From NCBI GenBank assembly GCA_021740045.1, contig JAIPAP010000002.1, forward strand, positions 13,391 to 77,390: 64,000 nucleotides of DNA, in the 5' to 3' direction. The notes under the pieces were generated by a model. That model was not told the origin of the DNA. It saw only the letters and a program-made list of their open reading frames with translations, and made no database searches. The position numbers and the translations under genes were made by a program. Positions 48,772 through 60,437 of the stretch are shown piece after piece. The DNA comes from Bacteroidales bacterium (lineage in GTDB: Bacteria > Bacteroidota > Bacteroidia > Bacteroidales > JAIPAP01). Positions within the stretch are counted from its first letter, which is position 1. Each line of letters opens with the position of its first letter.

Positions 48772-49548
48772 TTACTTCTTTTTCAGAACTTCCTCTATAT
48801 AATCAAATGTTGATAAAATATCCGCTCTGTTTTTTCTAACGGCCACCGCGTGTTCATAGTGTGCTGAGGGTGAACGATCTGATGTCCGGATGGTCCATCC
48901 GTCTTTTTCCTGGATCACATTCCGTTTGCCAAGGTTAATCATGGGCTCTATACAAATGACCATACCCTCCTTAAGTTTAGTGCCATTGCCCTTGCGACCG
49001 TAATTGGGTACCTCGGGTTTTTCATGGAGACTTTTCCCCAGTCCGTGTCCTACCAGGTCGCGAACTACTGAGTAGCCGTATTGCCTTACATATGAATGTA
49101 CTGCATCGCCAATATCACCGGTCCATTTTCCGTCCACCGCAAATTCTATTCCTTTATAGAGCGATTCCTTGGTCCTTTCCATCAGCAGCCGTTTTTCCTC
49201 GCTGACATCTCCTATTGCAAAGGTATAGGCCGAATCACCGTAAAATTCATTCAGGATCACACCGCAATCAATTGACACTATGTCGCCTTCCGTCAACGGC
49301 CGGTTATTGGGAATGCCATGAACCACGGTTTCGTTTACCGAGATGCAGAGCGAACCGGGGAATCCCCCGTAACCCTTAAAGCCTGGCACGGCGCCGTGAT
49401 CGCGGATAAATTCCTCGCCCACTTTGTCGAGCTCAAGGGTTGTAACACCGGGCCGGATGCGTTTGGCTACTTCTGCCAGCGTTTTACCAACAAGTAAAGA
49501 ACTTTTTCTTAATAATTCAATTTCCTCTTCGGTCTTGAGATATATCAT
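48772..49548 (-). CDS. map: type I methionine aminopeptidase
   Basis: Metal-ligand context DIVSIDCG, VGHGLG and the EP..N motifs. Confidence 0.95.
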   Translation of the reverse strand: MIYLKTEEEIELLRKSSLLVGKTLAEVAKRIRPGVTTLELDKVGEEFIRDHGAVPGFKGYGGFPGSLCISVNETVVHGIPNNRPLTEGDIVSIDCGVILNEFYGDSAYTFAIGDVSEEKRLLMERTKESLYKGIEFAVDGKWTGDIGDAVHSYVRQYGYSVVRDLVGHGLGKSLHEKPEVPNYGRKGNGTKLKEGMVICIEPMINLGKRNVIQEKDGWTIRTSDRSPSAHYEHAVAVRKNRADILSTFDYIEEVLKKK

Positions 49549-49571
49549 GTATCCAATTCCGTTCTTTTATT

Positions 49572-50933
49572 TTAGCCGCCCATGCTAAATGATGAGCGTC
49601 CTTTAATTCGTCCTGATTTGGTCAATCCGTCATAGTGACGCATTAGCAGATGGCTTTCGATTTGATGAAGGGTGTCGAGCACTACTCCAACCAGGATAAG
49701 TAGTGAGGTTCCACCATAGAACTGTGCAAACTGTGTACTAACTCCCACAAGGCTGACCAATGCGGGCATAATGGCCACAAATGCCAGGAAGAGTGAACCT
49801 GGGAATGTAATTCGTGACATCACCCGGTCGAGGAACTCGGCAGTTTTACGTCCCGGTTTCACCCCGGGGATAAATCCTCCGTTTTTCTTCATATCCTCTG
49901 CCATCTGGTTTGGATTTACCGTAATAGCCGTATAGAAATAGGTGAACAATACGATTAATACAAAGAATGTGAAATTATACCAAAAGCCGTTAATGTTTGT
50001 AAAAGTTCCGGCAATACCCGAAAGCGCTTCCGATTCGGCAAATCCGGCCAGCGTAAGGGGCAGGAACATAATGGCCTGGGCAAAGATGATGGGCATAACA
50101 CCTGCAGCGTTAACCTTTAGCGGGATATACTGCCTAACGCCACCGTATTGCTTGTTTCCGACAATACGTTTGGCATACTGCACGGGTATTCGCCGGGTTC
50201 CCTGCACCAGGAGTATGGTAAGCAAAATAACAAACACCAGCGCGGCAATTTCGATGATGAACATAACCAATCCGCCGCCCTGCTGCTCCATACGGGATAC
50301 AAATTCACCGAACAATGCAAACGGTAATCTGGCAATAATACCGATCATAATGATGAGTGAAATACCGTTTCCGATACCGTTATCGGTAATCCGTTCACCC
50401 AGCCACATGACAAACATGGTTCCGGTTACCAGTATTACAATACTGGAGATCCAGAAAAAGGTTGTTGGTGAGGTAATGCTCGGATCAAAGGGTGAAATGG
50501 CTTGGGGTGGCAACTGGTTTATGATATTAGCGATATAAGCAGGCGCCTGGAAACCGGTAATGATCACGGTTAAATAACGGGTAATCTGGTTAATCTTTCT
50601 TCGGCCACTTTCACCTTCGCGTTGCAGTTTTTGAAAATATGGAATGGCCATACCCAAAAGCTGTATCACAATGGATGCCGAAATATAAGGCATAATACCC
50701 AAAGCAAAAATTGAAGCCCTGGAAAAGGCACCACCCGAAAACATGTTAAGCAGGCCTAAAAGACCACCGCTGGCTTGATTCTGGAGTGCCGCAAGCTGAT
50801 CAGGATCAATACCGGGCAACACAACGTAAGCACCCAAGCGATAGATCAGGATGATACCCAGGGTATAAAGGATCCTGTTTCGAAGGTCCTCAATCTTGTA
50901 GATGTTCCGTATGGTTTGGATTAACTTTTTCAT
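49572..50933 (-). CDS. secY: preprotein translocase subunit SecY
   Basis: 10-TM protein with FALGIMPYISASIVIQLL. Confidence 0.95.
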   Translation of the reverse strand: MKKLIQTIRNIYKIEDLRNRILYTLGIILIYRLGAYVVLPGIDPDQLAALQNQASGGLLGLLNMFSGGAFSRASIFALGIMPYISASIVIQLLGMAIPYFQKLQREGESGRRKINQITRYLTVIITGFQAPAYIANIINQLPPQAISPFDPSITSPTTFFWISSIVILVTGTMFVMWLGERITDNGIGNGISLIIMIGIIARLPFALFGEFVSRMEQQGGGLVMFIIEIAALVFVILLTILLVQGTRRIPVQYAKRIVGNKQYGGVRQYIPLKVNAAGVMPIIFAQAIMFLPLTLAGFAESEALSGIAGTFTNINGFWYNFTFFVLIVLFTYFYTAITVNPNQMAEDMKKNGGFIPGVKPGRKTAEFLDRVMSRITFPGSLFLAFVAIMPALVSLVGVSTQFAQFYGGTSLLILVGVVLDTLHQIESHLLMRHYDGLTKSGRIKGRSSFSMGG

Positions 50934-51385
50934 TAAGAATTGATTTTAGTTGCTACACCACCTTTATCTTCGATTTCTTTTTTCGCAGAAGCCGAAAAAG
51001 CATGTGCGCTGATATTCAATGCAGATTTTAATTCACCGCGGCCCAGTATCTTGATCAGGTCATTTTTACTCACCAATCCGTTCTCATGAAGCACTTGTGG
51101 CGAAAATTCGGTGATATTTTTATTTTCCGATATTTTTTGCAGCATGTCGAGATTGACACCGACATATTCCTTACGGTTGATATTTTTAAAACCGTACTTG
51201 GGAACACGCCGGTACAACGGCATCTGTCCGCCTTCAAATCCGGCTCTTCGTTTATACCCTGATCTTGACTTTGCGCCTTTGTGACCACGTGTAGCTGTGT
51301 CACCGCTGCCGGCGCCTTCGCCACGAGCTATGCGCTTTCTCCTTTTTACGGAACCATCTGCCGGTTTAAGATTACTCAAGTCCAT
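50933..51385 (-). CDS. rplO: 50S ribosomal protein L15
   Basis: [11 protein letters not shown] motif, in the spc operon position. Confidence 0.95.
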   Translation of the reverse strand: MDLSNLKPADGSVKRRKRIARGEGAGSGDTATRGHKGAKSRSGYKRRAGFEGGQMPLYRRVPKYGFKNINRKEYVGVNLDMLQKISENKNITEFSPQVLHENGLVSKNDLIKILGRGELKSALNISAHAFSASAKKEIEDKGGVATKINS

Positions 51386-51447
51386 ATATTCAATTTTCTT
51401 TTTGTCTGTTAATTATGCTTAATCCTCAATCATGGTTCGGAATCGGG

Positions 51448-51627
51448 TTAAATTTCTTCAACCTTAACCAGGTGACTGACCTTATTGATCATCCCTTCGA
51501 TCTGAGGGGTAAGATTCAGCTCTTTGGATGAATGCATTTTTTTCAGCCCCAATGCATCGAGGGTTGCCTTTTGACGCTTCGGCCTTTTAATGCGACTCCG
51601 TACCTGGGTTATCCTTACTTTTTTCAT
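51448..51627 (-). CDS. rpmD: 50S ribosomal protein L30
   Basis: Not in the ORF track (59 aa). Manual translation gives MKKVRITQVRSRIKRPKRQKATLDALGLKKMHSSKELNLTPQIEGMINKVSHLVKVEEI. Confidence 0.9.
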   Translation of the reverse strand: MKKVRITQVRSRIKRPKRQKATLDALGLKKMHSSKELNLTPQIEGMINKVSHLVKVEEI

Positions 51628-51660
51628 CTGTTTTAATCTTTAAATATTATTATCGGCTAA

Positions 51661-52179
51661 TTAACCATTAAAGACCTTTTCCAGGTCAACACCGCGAAGT
51701 TGACTTACGGTATATGCATCGCGCATTTTTACCAGCGCATCGATGGTAGCTTTAACCGCACTGTGTGGGTTGGATGAACCTTTTGACTTGGCCAGCACGT
51801 CCTTTACACCAACGCTCTCCAGTACGGCACGCATGGCGCCTCCGGCAATAACACCGGTACCGGGTGCTGCGGGTTTAATGAAAACGCGCGCGCCGCTGTA
51901 TTTACCTTCTTGCTCGTGCGGCAAGGTTCCCTTAAGAATAGGTACTTTTATCAGGTTCTTTTTGGCATCGTCAATACCCTTGGCAATAGCCGAGGTTACT
52001 TCTTTTGCCTTACCCAGTCCATATCCAACAACACCGTTTTCATTGCCTACAACCACGATAGCCGAGAAACTAAAGGTTCTACCACCCTTGGTAACCTTGG
52101 TAACACGCTTAATGGCAACCAACCGGTCTTTGAATTCTATTTCGCTCGATTTAACTTTCTTTACGTTCAAATTCGCCAT
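51661..52179 (-). CDS. rpsE: 30S ribosomal protein S5
   Basis: [20 protein letters not shown] motif. Confidence 0.95.
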   Translation of the reverse strand: MANLNVKKVKSSEIEFKDRLVAIKRVTKVTKGGRTFSFSAIVVVGNENGVVGYGLGKAKEVTSAIAKGIDDAKKNLIKVPILKGTLPHEQEGKYSGARVFIKPAAPGTGVIAGGAMRAVLESVGVKDVLAKSKGSSNPHSAVKATIDALVKMRDAYTVSQLRGVDLEKVFNG

Positions 52180-52185
52180 AATCTC

Positions 52186-52548
52186 TTAAAATTTAAGGCC
52201 TCCTTCTCTAGCCGCTTCTGCTAATGATTTTACTCTTCCGTGATACAGGTAGCCATTTCGATCGAACACCACATGGTTAATACCAGCCTGCGATGCTTTT
52301 TCAGCTACTTTCTGGCCAACCAGTTTGGCAACATTCGTTTTATTACCTTCGCTGGATGCGATTTCATTTTCACGCGATGAAGCTGCAACCAGGGTATGGC
52401 CTTCCATATCGTTAATGATCTGAGCATAGATCTGCTTATTGCTCTTGAACACGCTCAGGCGCGGGCGTTCGGCAGTGCCGTACACATTCTTCCTTACGCG
52501 CTGTTTTATTCGTTTTCTTCTGAAAACCTTTCTGCTCTTAATTGCCAT
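52186..52548 (-). CDS. rplR: 50S ribosomal protein L18
   Basis: [14 protein letters not shown] and [15 protein letters not shown]. Confidence 0.95.
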   Translation of the reverse strand: MAIKSRKVFRRKRIKQRVRKNVYGTAERPRLSVFKSNKQIYAQIINDMEGHTLVAASSRENEIASSEGNKTNVAKLVGQKVAEKASQAGINHVVFDRNGYLYHGRVKSLAEAAREGGLKF

Positions 52549-52598
52549 CCTTCATTTGGATTTATGACCTGATGCCTCAGGCGTTAATTAAACCAATA

Positions 52599-53156
52599 TT
52601 ATTTTTCACTTGCAGCTTTACCGGCTTTACGACGAATAATCTCACCCTTGTAAAGAACACCTTTACCTTTGTATGGCTCCGGTGGCCTTAATTCGCGGAT
52701 CTTCGCCGCAACTTGTCCAACAAGCTGCTTATCGATTGATTTTAAGATGATCCTTGGTGGCTTACCACGCTCGGTAACAGCTTCGGCCTTGATCTCCTCG
52801 GGCATTTCGAGGTAAATGTTGTGCGAATACCCCAGGGCCAACTCCAGTAACTGTCCGTTTACCGTGGCTTTAAAACCTACTCCGTGAAGTTCCTGAACAA
52901 TTTCATAACCTTTTGAAACTCCGGTTATCATATTGTTGATCAGTGAACGATAGAGCCCATGCAGAGCCCGGTTTTTCTTCTCATCCGAAGGGCGTGTTAC
53001 CACCACCTGGCCTTCACTAACTTCAATCTTAAAACCCTCTTCAACCTGTTGCTGAAGCTCGCCCAGATTACCCTTAACCGTAACCAGGTTCTGGTCCGAT
53101 ACATCAACCTCAACGCCTTCGGGTATAGCAACCGGATAACTTCCTATTCGTGACAT
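52599..53156 (-). CDS. rplF: 50S ribosomal protein L6
   Basis: MSRIGSYPVAIPEGVEV N-terminus. Confidence 0.95.
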   Translation of the reverse strand: MSRIGSYPVAIPEGVEVDVSDQNLVTVKGNLGELQQQVEEGFKIEVSEGQVVVTRPSDEKKNRALHGLYRSLINNMITGVSKGYEIVQELHGVGFKATVNGQLLELALGYSHNIYLEMPEEIKAEAVTERGKPPRIILKSIDKQLVGQVAAKIRELRPPEPYKGKGVLYKGEIIRRKAGKAASEK

Positions 53157-53171
53157 ATCTATCTTCTCCTA

Positions 53172-53570
53172 TTAGCTTATGTAACACAATACTTCACCAC
53201 CTACATGCTCCTTGCGGGCTTCCTTGTCGGTCATCACACCGTGCGAGGTCGACAGTATGGCTATTCCCAAGCCATTTAGTACCCGCGGAAGGCTATCGGC
53301 ATCCCTGTACCTGCGCAAGCCCGGGCGCGAAACCCTTTTGAGCTCACGTATGGCCGGTACGCGTGTTGCCGGGTGATATTTCAATGCAATCTTGATGATG
53401 CCTTGTTTATTGTCGTCTTCAAATTTATAACTCAGAATATATCCCTTATCGAAAAGGATTTTGGTTATTTCCTTCTTCAGGTTAGAAGCAGGAATTTCAA
53501 CCACCCTATGCTTTCCCATCAGGGCGTTCCTGACTCTGGTTAAATAATCTGCAATTGGATCCGTAACCAT
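53172..53570 (-). CDS. rpsH: 30S ribosomal protein S8
   Basis: [14 protein letters not shown]-terminus. Confidence 0.95.
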   Translation of the reverse strand: MVTDPIADYLTRVRNALMGKHRVVEIPASNLKKEITKILFDKGYILSYKFEDDNKQGIIKIALKYHPATRVPAIRELKRVSRPGLRRYRDADSLPRVLNGLGIAILSTSHGVMTDKEARKEHVGGEVLCYIS

Positions 53571-53608
53571 CTTATCCTTATGTATTTATTATTAATTATC
53601 CTTTTCTT

Positions 53609-53878
53609 TTACCAGCTTGCTTTCTTAATACCCGGGATTTTACCGGACAATGCCATTTCACGGAAATTGATGCGTGAGATACCGAACTGACGCATGTATC
53701 CTTTCGGCCTACCGGTTAACTGACACCGGTTATGAAGACGAACAGGCGACGCATTTTTAGGGAGCTTTTGCAAGGCTGCATAATCGCCATTAGCTTTAAG
53801 CTCTTCACGCTTCTTGGCATACTTTTCAGCCAACTTGCGTCTTTTCCGTTCTCTTGCTTTCATTGATTCCTTAGCCAT
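53609..53878 (-). CDS. rpsN: 30S ribosomal protein S14
   Basis: [14 protein letters not shown]-terminus, C-terminal KKASW. Confidence 0.95.
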   Translation of the reverse strand: MAKESMKARERKRRKLAEKYAKKREELKANGDYAALQKLPKNASPVRLHNRCQLTGRPKGYMRQFGISRINFREMALSGKIPGIKKASW

Positions 53879-53881
53879 AAA

Positions 53882-54436
53882 CTATGATTTGTTTTTAAAT
53901 GGTATACCAAATTGTTTCAGTAAGAAATAAGCTTCTTTGTCGGTTTTGGCCGTGGTAACAAAGGTAATATCCATGCCGTTAATGCGGTTCACCTTGTCCA
54001 TTACGATCTCGGGAAAGATGATCTGTTCGGAAACTCCCATTGTGAAGTTACCACGCCCGTCGAAGCCCTTGTCGCTGATTCCCCTGAAATCCCTGATACG
54101 TGGAATTGAAACTGAGATCAGGCGGTCGAGGAATTCATACATATTGTTACGGCGCAAAGTAACACGCGCACCGATGGGCATTCCACGACGAAGCTTAAAG
54201 TTTGAAATATCTTTTTTCGATTTTGTCGGCACGGCCTTCTGACCGGCAATCGCTGTCATCTCTTCCAGGGCATTATTGAGGATCTTCTTGTCGGTAATAG
54301 CGGCACCCACACCCTGGTTAAGGCTGATCTTGGTTAGCTTGGGCACTTCCATAATGGTTTTGTATCCAAACTCCTTGATCAGTGCAGGGATGACTTCCTC
54401 GTGATACTGCTTTTTTAATCTCGGTGTATACTCCAT
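53882..54436 (-). CDS. rplE: 50S ribosomal protein L5
   Basis: Operon position and the conserved [18 protein letters not shown]. Confidence 0.95.
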   Translation of the reverse strand: MEYTPRLKKQYHEEVIPALIKEFGYKTIMEVPKLTKISLNQGVGAAITDKKILNNALEEMTAIAGQKAVPTKSKKDISNFKLRRGMPIGARVTLRRNNMYEFLDRLISVSIPRIRDFRGISDKGFDGRGNFTMGVSEQIIFPEIVMDKVNRINGMDITFVTTAKTDKEAYFLLKQFGIPFKNKS

Positions 54437-54759
54437 TACTTAATTACCTCCCCTGTCTTTTTTGAATAACGAACCATCATATCGGTCTTCTCGTCCCGTT
54501 TACGGCCAATGCGTGTTGCATTGCCACTGCTGTCGACAACCTTCAGGTTCGAAATATGAATAGGTGCTTCCTGCTTTACTATCCCACCTTGGGTGTTTTG
54601 GGCATTCGGTTTGGTGTGCTTCGAGCGCATGTTCACACCTTCGACAATTGCGGTAGACTTATCTTTATCCACAACCAGTACTCTTCCCTGGTTGCCCTTT
54701 TCGTTACCGGTAATCACCATTACGTTATCACCCTTTTTAATATGTAATTTCTTGCGCAT
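54436..54759 (-). CDS. rplX: 50S ribosomal protein L24
   Basis: KOW motif [16 protein letters not shown]. Confidence 0.95.
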   Translation of the reverse strand: MRKKLHIKKGDNVMVITGNEKGNQGRVLVVDKDKSTAIVEGVNMRSKHTKPNAQNTQGGIVKQEAPIHISNLKVVDSSGNATRIGRKRDEKTDMMVRYSKKTGEVIK

Positions 54760-54773
54760 AACTGGTTTTCGTT

Positions 54774-55142
54774 TTAGAGCACCTCAGGTGCCAGTGAAAT
54801 AATTTTCATATACCGCTTATCGCGCAGCTCGCGTGCTACCGGACCGAAGATGCGGGTACCCGACAGCTCGTCCTGTTGGTTAAGCAGAACACATGCGTTG
54901 TCGTCAAAGCGAATGTATGATCCGTCGGCACGGCGAACTTCTTTATTGGTTCTAACGATAACTGCTTTTGATATTGTTCCCTTCTTAACGTTGCCCGAAG
55001 GAACCGCATTTTTCACCGTTACGATGATCTTATCGCCGATGGTGGCATATTTCTTTCGGGTACCACCCAGCACCCGCACACATAGTACTTCGCGGGCTCC
55101 ACTATTATCGGCGACTGCAAGTCTTGATTCCTGTTGTATCAT
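54774..55142 (-). CDS. rplN: 50S ribosomal protein L14
   Basis: [20 protein letters not shown]-terminus. Confidence 0.95.
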   Translation of the reverse strand: MIQQESRLAVADNSGAREVLCVRVLGGTRKKYATIGDKIIVTVKNAVPSGNVKKGTISKAVIVRTNKEVRRADGSYIRFDDNACVLLNQQDELSGTRIFGPVARELRDKRYMKIISLAPEVL

Positions 55143-55144
55143 GA

Positions 55145-55399
55145 TTACTTAGCTCTTTCTAATATTTCCGTTAATCTCCAGCGCTTATTCTTGCTCAAAG
55201 GCCTGGTTTCCATAATGCGGACCTTGTCACCCAGGTTGCAATCGTTATTTTCATCATGGGCTGTGAACTTGGCCGTTGATTTGATATACTTCAAATATTT
55301 CGGGTGCATTTTGCGGCCACTTACATTAACAATAATGGTTTTTTCCATTTTATCGCTAACAACCCATCCTGTACGTTCTTTTCTCAGATTTCTTTCCAT
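55145..55399 (-). CDS. rpsQ: 30S ribosomal protein S17
   Basis: Operon position and [27 protein letters not shown]. Confidence 0.95.
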   Translation of the reverse strand: MERNLRKERTGWVVSDKMEKTIIVNVSGRKMHPKYLKYIKSTAKFTAHDENNDCNLGDKVRIMETRPLSKNKRWRLTEILERAK

Positions 55400-55409
55400 C
55401 TCTCAGAAA

Positions 55410-55646
55410 TTACTTATTATTAATTTGTTCGCCGGCTTCCTGACGGCTATTATCGTTCTCAAGCTCTCTTCTGCGCATCTCGGTTAAAACTCGAGCTATT
55501 GTCCGTTTATAATCCTTAAGTTGATGCGGATTTTCCAGAGGTGAAACAGCATGGTTTAACCGCATGCGGGTCATCCGTTTTCTTTCCTCGTCCAAACGGT
55601 CTTTCAAATCTTCATTAGAGAGTTCTCTGATAACTTTCTGTTCCAT
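55410..55646 (-). CDS. rpmC: 50S ribosomal protein L29
   Basis: Operon position. L29-like helical hairpin with a short C-terminal extension. Confidence 0.9.
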   Translation of the reverse strand: MEQKVIRELSNEDLKDRLDEERKRMTRMRLNHAVSPLENPHQLKDYKRTIARVLTEMRRRELENDNSRQEAGEQINNK

Positions 55647-55663
55647 TTTTCCCTATATATTGA

Positions 55664-56083
55664 TTATTCTTGATAGTCCCTGCTAATAATAAACTTCGTT
55701 CTTACCGGCAGCTTTTGGGCAGCCAAACGAAGCGCTTCCTGGGCCACTGCCCGTGGAACACCTTCGGCTTCGAATATGATACGACCTGGAGTTACCGGTG
55801 CCACATACAATTCGGGGGCACCTTTACCTTTACCCATTCGAACCTCAGCGGGTTTCTTGGTAATGGGCTTATCGGGGAATATGCGTATCCAGATTTTACC
55901 TTCACGTTTCATATAACGGGTAACAGCCTGACGTGCTGCCTCGATCTGACGACCGGTTATCCATTTTTCATCCAGGGCCTTTATACCGAAAGAGCCGAAT
56001 GCCAACTGGTTACCGCGCTGGGCGTTGCCCTTCATGCGGCCCTTTTGTCTTTTCCTGTATTTTGTCTTCTTTGGCTGTAACAT
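55664..56083 (-). CDS. rplP: 50S ribosomal protein L16
   Basis: [20 protein letters not shown]-terminus. Confidence 0.95.
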   Translation of the reverse strand: MLQPKKTKYRKRQKGRMKGNAQRGNQLAFGSFGIKALDEKWITGRQIEAARQAVTRYMKREGKIWIRIFPDKPITKKPAEVRMGKGKGAPELYVAPVTPGRIIFEAEGVPRAVAQEALRLAAQKLPVRTKFIISRDYQE

Positions 56084-56118
56084 TATACTATATGTTAAAT
56101 ATTATCAATCAAACTCTG

Positions 56119-56835
56119 TTATTTTCTTCTTCCGCGACCACCGCCGCCGCCAGGACGTTTTCCGCCTTTCTGTTTAACGTTAAGACCGGCAAGTGGTGTA
56201 AGCTCGCGTTTGGCATAAATTTCACCTTTACAAATCCAAACCTTCACACCTATACGTCCATAAGTGGTGTGGGCTTCGGTAATGGCATAATCAATATCAG
56301 CTCTCAGGGTATGCAGCGGAATACGACCTTCTTTGTATTGCTCGGTACGGGCCATTTCGGCACCTCCCAACCGGCCTGAGATCAACACCTTGATGCCTTC
56401 GGAGCCCATGCGCATGGTAGAGGCGATAGCGGTTTTGATAGCCCTGCGGTATGAGATACGACCTTCGATTTGCTTGGCAATGGTGTTACTTACTATCGTA
56501 GCATCCAGCTCGGGCCGTTTGATCTCAGAAATGTTAATTTGAATTTCTTTCTTCGTAAGTTTCTTAAGCTCTTCCTTTAGTTTATCAACTTCCTGACCGC
56601 CTTTTCCGATAATGATACCGGGGCGGGCAGTAGTGATGGTAACCGTAACAAGCTTGAGCGTACGCTCAATGATAATTTTCGAGATGCCTGCTTTCGACAA
56701 ACGGGCATTGAGGTATTTACGGATCTTATCGTCTTCAATAAGCTTTTCTTCAAAGCTCTTTCCGCCATACCAGTTGGATTCCCATCCCCTGATAATTCCT
56801 AATCTATTTCCTATTGGATTTGTCTTTTGTCCCAT
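56119..56835 (-). CDS. rpsC: 30S ribosomal protein S3
   Basis: [15 protein letters not shown]-terminus, Gly/Arg-rich tail. Confidence 0.95.
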   Translation of the reverse strand: MGQKTNPIGNRLGIIRGWESNWYGGKSFEEKLIEDDKIRKYLNARLSKAGISKIIIERTLKLVTVTITTARPGIIIGKGGQEVDKLKEELKKLTKKEIQINISEIKRPELDATIVSNTIAKQIEGRISYRRAIKTAIASTMRMGSEGIKVLISGRLGGAEMARTEQYKEGRIPLHTLRADIDYAITEAHTTYGRIGVKVWICKGEIYAKRELTPLAGLNVKQKGGKRPGGGGGRGRRK

Positions 56836-56880
56836 TCACAAAAGTATTTGTTTATGCAATGATCGCTGATTATTGATTAC

Positions 56881-57333
56881 TTATTTCTTGTTTTCTTCTG
56901 TTTGTTCAACTGCTTCATTCACCACGTCTTCCATTTCCTGCATGCGGTTGGCCACATACATGTTAACATGGCAAGAACGTTTTCTAATGCGGTGTGCTCT
57001 TCCCTGGGGTGCAGGGCGAATCCGTTTGAGGGTTCGTGCGCTGTCGACTGTAAGTGTTTGAATATACAGTGTACTTTCTTCCAGGCGAACACCTTCGTTT
57101 TTCCCCTGCCAGTTGGCAATAGCGGAGAGCACCACTTTGTAAAGATATTTCGGCGCTTCACCGGGCGATGTTTTCAATAGATGCAATGCCCTCTCAACGC
57201 TTTCACCCCTGATCAAATCGGCTGCCAGCCGCATTTTTCTTGCCGGGATAGGGCAGTTGCTCAAACGGGCAAAATATTGATTTTTCTTTGCCTCTTTACG
57301 TTCTTCGGCTCTTATATGTTTTCTTGCTCCCAT
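56881..57333 (-). CDS. rplV: 50S ribosomal protein L22
   Basis: Operon position and ARKMRLAADLIRG. Confidence 0.9.
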   Translation of the reverse strand: MGARKHIRAEERKEAKKNQYFARLSNCPIPARKMRLAADLIRGESVERALHLLKTSPGEAPKYLYKVVLSAIANWQGKNEGVRLEESTLYIQTLTVDSARTLKRIRPAPQGRAHRIRKRSCHVNMYVANRMQEMEDVVNEAVEQTEENKK

Positions 57334-57346
57334 TATTACCTATGCT

Positions 57347-57625
57347 TTATTTTTTGCCTTTATCTCTACTTCCCGCATGTCCTCTAAAGATCCGGGTTGG
57401 GGCGAATTCACCCAACTTATGACCTACCATGTTTTCAGTAACATAAACAGGAATAAACTTGTTTCCGTTGTGTACTGCAACGGTTTGTCCTACGAAATCG
57501 GGTGAAATCATCGAGGACCGCGACCAGGTTTTCACAACCGTTTTTTTCTTCGATTCCGCAAGCTCGAGTACTTTTTTCTCAAGCTTATAGTGTATGAATG
57601 GTCCCTTTTTTAATGATCGGCTCAT
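57347..57625 (-). CDS. rpsS: 30S ribosomal protein S19
   Basis: [16 protein letters not shown]-terminus. Confidence 0.95.
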   Translation of the reverse strand: MSRSLKKGPFIHYKLEKKVLELAESKKKTVVKTWSRSSMISPDFVGQTVAVHNGNKFIPVYVTENMVGHKLGEFAPTRIFRGHAGSRDKGKK

Positions 57626-57641
57626 TTGTCAGGATATTTTA

Positions 57642-58472
<831 letters not shown>

Positions 58473-58494
58473 TATCTTCTGATCTTATCTTATC

Positions 58495-58785
58495 CTAAAT
58501 ATTGCTATAAAAATCAATTTCGTCTCCTTCTGCAACCTGAACAATTGCTTTTTTGTAGTTATTGGTCTTTCCGGTTATAAGCCCCGTTTTTGTAAACCGG
58601 GATTTCATCTTACCGGAAATGTTCATGGTATTCACCGAAACTACATCTACATTATAGAGCTCTTTCACCGCTTCTCTTATCTGAAGCTTGTTGGCTCTTC
58701 TGGGGACAATGAAACCGTAGCGATTCAGTTTCTCGCCGATTTCTGTCATCTTCTCCGTTATTACCGGCTTTAATAGGATATCCAT
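58495..58785 (-). CDS. rplW: 50S ribosomal protein L23
   Basis: Operon position and the L23-like sequence. Confidence 0.9.
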   Translation of the reverse strand: MDILLKPVITEKMTEIGEKLNRYGFIVPRRANKLQIREAVKELYNVDVVSVNTMNISGKMKSRFTKTGLITGKTNNYKKAIVQVAEGDEIDFYSNI

Positions 58786-58810
58786 CTTACTATTTATTTA
58801 GATGTTTTTA

Positions 58811-59443
58811 CTAATTCTTGCCCAGTATGCTTTCGATCTCTTCAAGGGAACCTTCCAGTAATACCAGCTTCTGAGCATGCAATATGTCATATGTATTCAG
58901 GTTAGAAGCTTTTACTGTCCTCACGTCCTGAAGATTACGCGAGGAAAGATACAGGTTACTATCACCCTCTTTATACACCAGCAAGGTGCGTTGATTATTG
59001 ATCTTCAGCTTATTCAAAACCTCCACCATATTCTTGGTCTTGGGGGTATCGAACTTAAAATCTTCGATTACCATGATGCCTTCATCTTTAACTTTATAAG
59101 CCAAGGCCGATTTACGTGCCAGTTGTTTAAGCTTTTTGTTGAGCTTAAAGCGATAATCCCTGGGCCGGGGTCCAAAAGTGCGACCACCGCCACGGAACAA
59201 GGGCGACTTAATGTCACCTGAACGGGCCGTACCTGTTCCCTTCTGGCGTTTGATCTTTTTGGTACTGCCTGTAATTGCGTTTCGTTCCTTGGCACTATGG
59301 GTACCTTGACGATGATTGGCCATGTATTGTTTAGTATCGAGATAGATCGCATGATCGTTAGGCTCGATACCGAAAATGGCATCATTCAGGTTTACTTTCC
59401 TGTCTGTCTTTTGACCGTTAATATTATATACTTCTAACTCCAT
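58811..59443 (-). CDS. rplD: 50S ribosomal protein L4
   Basis: Operon position and [27 protein letters not shown]. Confidence 0.95.
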   Translation of the reverse strand: MELEVYNINGQKTDRKVNLNDAIFGIEPNDHAIYLDTKQYMANHRQGTHSAKERNAITGSTKKIKRQKGTGTARSGDIKSPLFRGGGRTFGPRPRDYRFKLNKKLKQLARKSALAYKVKDEGIMVIEDFKFDTPKTKNMVEVLNKLKINNQRTLLVYKEGDSNLYLSSRNLQDVRTVKASNLNTYDILHAQKLVLLEGSLEEIESILGKN

Positions 59444-60066
59444 CTTTCTACAATTACGTATGAGCCTTTTGGTCCTGGTACTGAACCTTTAACTACCAAT
59501 AAATTCTTTTCAGGATCGATTTTCACTATTTGCAAATTGATCATTTTCACCCTGCTGCCACCGGTTCTTCCGGCCATGCGCATGCCTTTGAACACGCGTG
59601 AGGGATCGGATGATCCGCCGATAGAACCCGGCGCCCGCTGACGGTCATGCTGACCGTGGGTTTGATCATTTACACCATGGAAATTATAGCGTTTTACAAC
59701 CCCCTGAAATCCTTTACCCTTGCTGGTACCAACGCAATCGATGTATTCGCCTTCAACAAACTCGGTTACATCAACCACATCACCAAACTGCTTGGTATGT
59801 CCTTCCTCAAAACGAGTGAACTCAGCAAGTACTTTTTTCGGTTTTACACCTGCTTTATCAAAGTGACCCTTCACCGCTTTTGTAAGCTTCTTTTCTTTGG
59901 TTTGGTCTTCGTAAGCAAGCTGAATGGCTTCGTAACCATCGTGCTCCTTCGATTTCACCTGGGTCACATAACAGGGACCAGCCGATATAACCGTGCATGG
60001 AACTATGTTGCCAGAGGCATCATAAATACTGGTCATCCCTATTTTCTTTCCTATTATTCCTGACAT
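59434..60066 (-). CDS. rplC: 50S ribosomal protein L3
   Basis: [17 protein letters not shown]-terminus. Confidence 0.95.
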   Translation of the reverse strand: MSGIIGKKIGMTSIYDASGNIVPCTVISAGPCYVTQVKSKEHDGYEAIQLAYEDQTKEKKLTKAVKGHFDKAGVKPKKVLAEFTRFEEGHTKQFGDVVDVTEFVEGEYIDCVGTSKGKGFQGVVKRYNFHGVNDQTHGQHDRQRAPGSIGGSSDPSRVFKGMRMAGRTGGSRVKMINLQIVKIDPEKNLLVVKGSVPGPKGSYVIVERWS

Positions 60067-60102
60067 TTTCTCCTTTGTTTAAAGTCTTTTATTCTATTAA
60101 CC

Positions 60103-60408
60103 TCAGACTTTGATTTCTACCTCTACACCACTGGGTAATTCCAGTTTCATAAGTGCATCGATGGTTTTTGAAGTCGAACTGTATATGTCAAGCAAGCGCT
60201 TATAAGAGCTAAGCTCAAATTGTTCCCTTGCTTTTTTGTTCACAAATGTGGACCGCAATACCGTATAGATCTTTTTCTTGGTCGGAAGCGGAATAGGGCC
60301 GCTTACTACTGCTCCGGTTGTCTTTACGGTTTTTACGATCTTCTCGGCCGACTTGTCAACCAAATTGTGATCGTAAGACTTCAACTTTATTCTGATCCTC
60401 TGATTCAC
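60103..60408 (-). CDS. rpsJ: 30S ribosomal protein S10
   Basis: [14 protein letters not shown] motif. Confidence 0.95.
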   Translation of the reverse strand: MNQRIRIKLKSYDHNLVDKSAEKIVKTVKTTGAVVSGPIPLPTKKKIYTVLRSTFVNKKAREQFELSSYKRLLDIYSSTSKTIDALMKLELPSGVEVEIKV

Positions 60409-60437
60409 CGTAGTTAAATTTTAATTTTCGACTTCAC

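Noticed and set aside
49942-50538. 198-aa ORF antisense to secY, and similar antisense ORFs across the ribosomal cluster (51743-52189, 55670-56080, 55933-56379, 59647-60063, 61120-61521)
   Set aside because: Each lies fully inside a highly conserved gene on the other strand and has no independent support.
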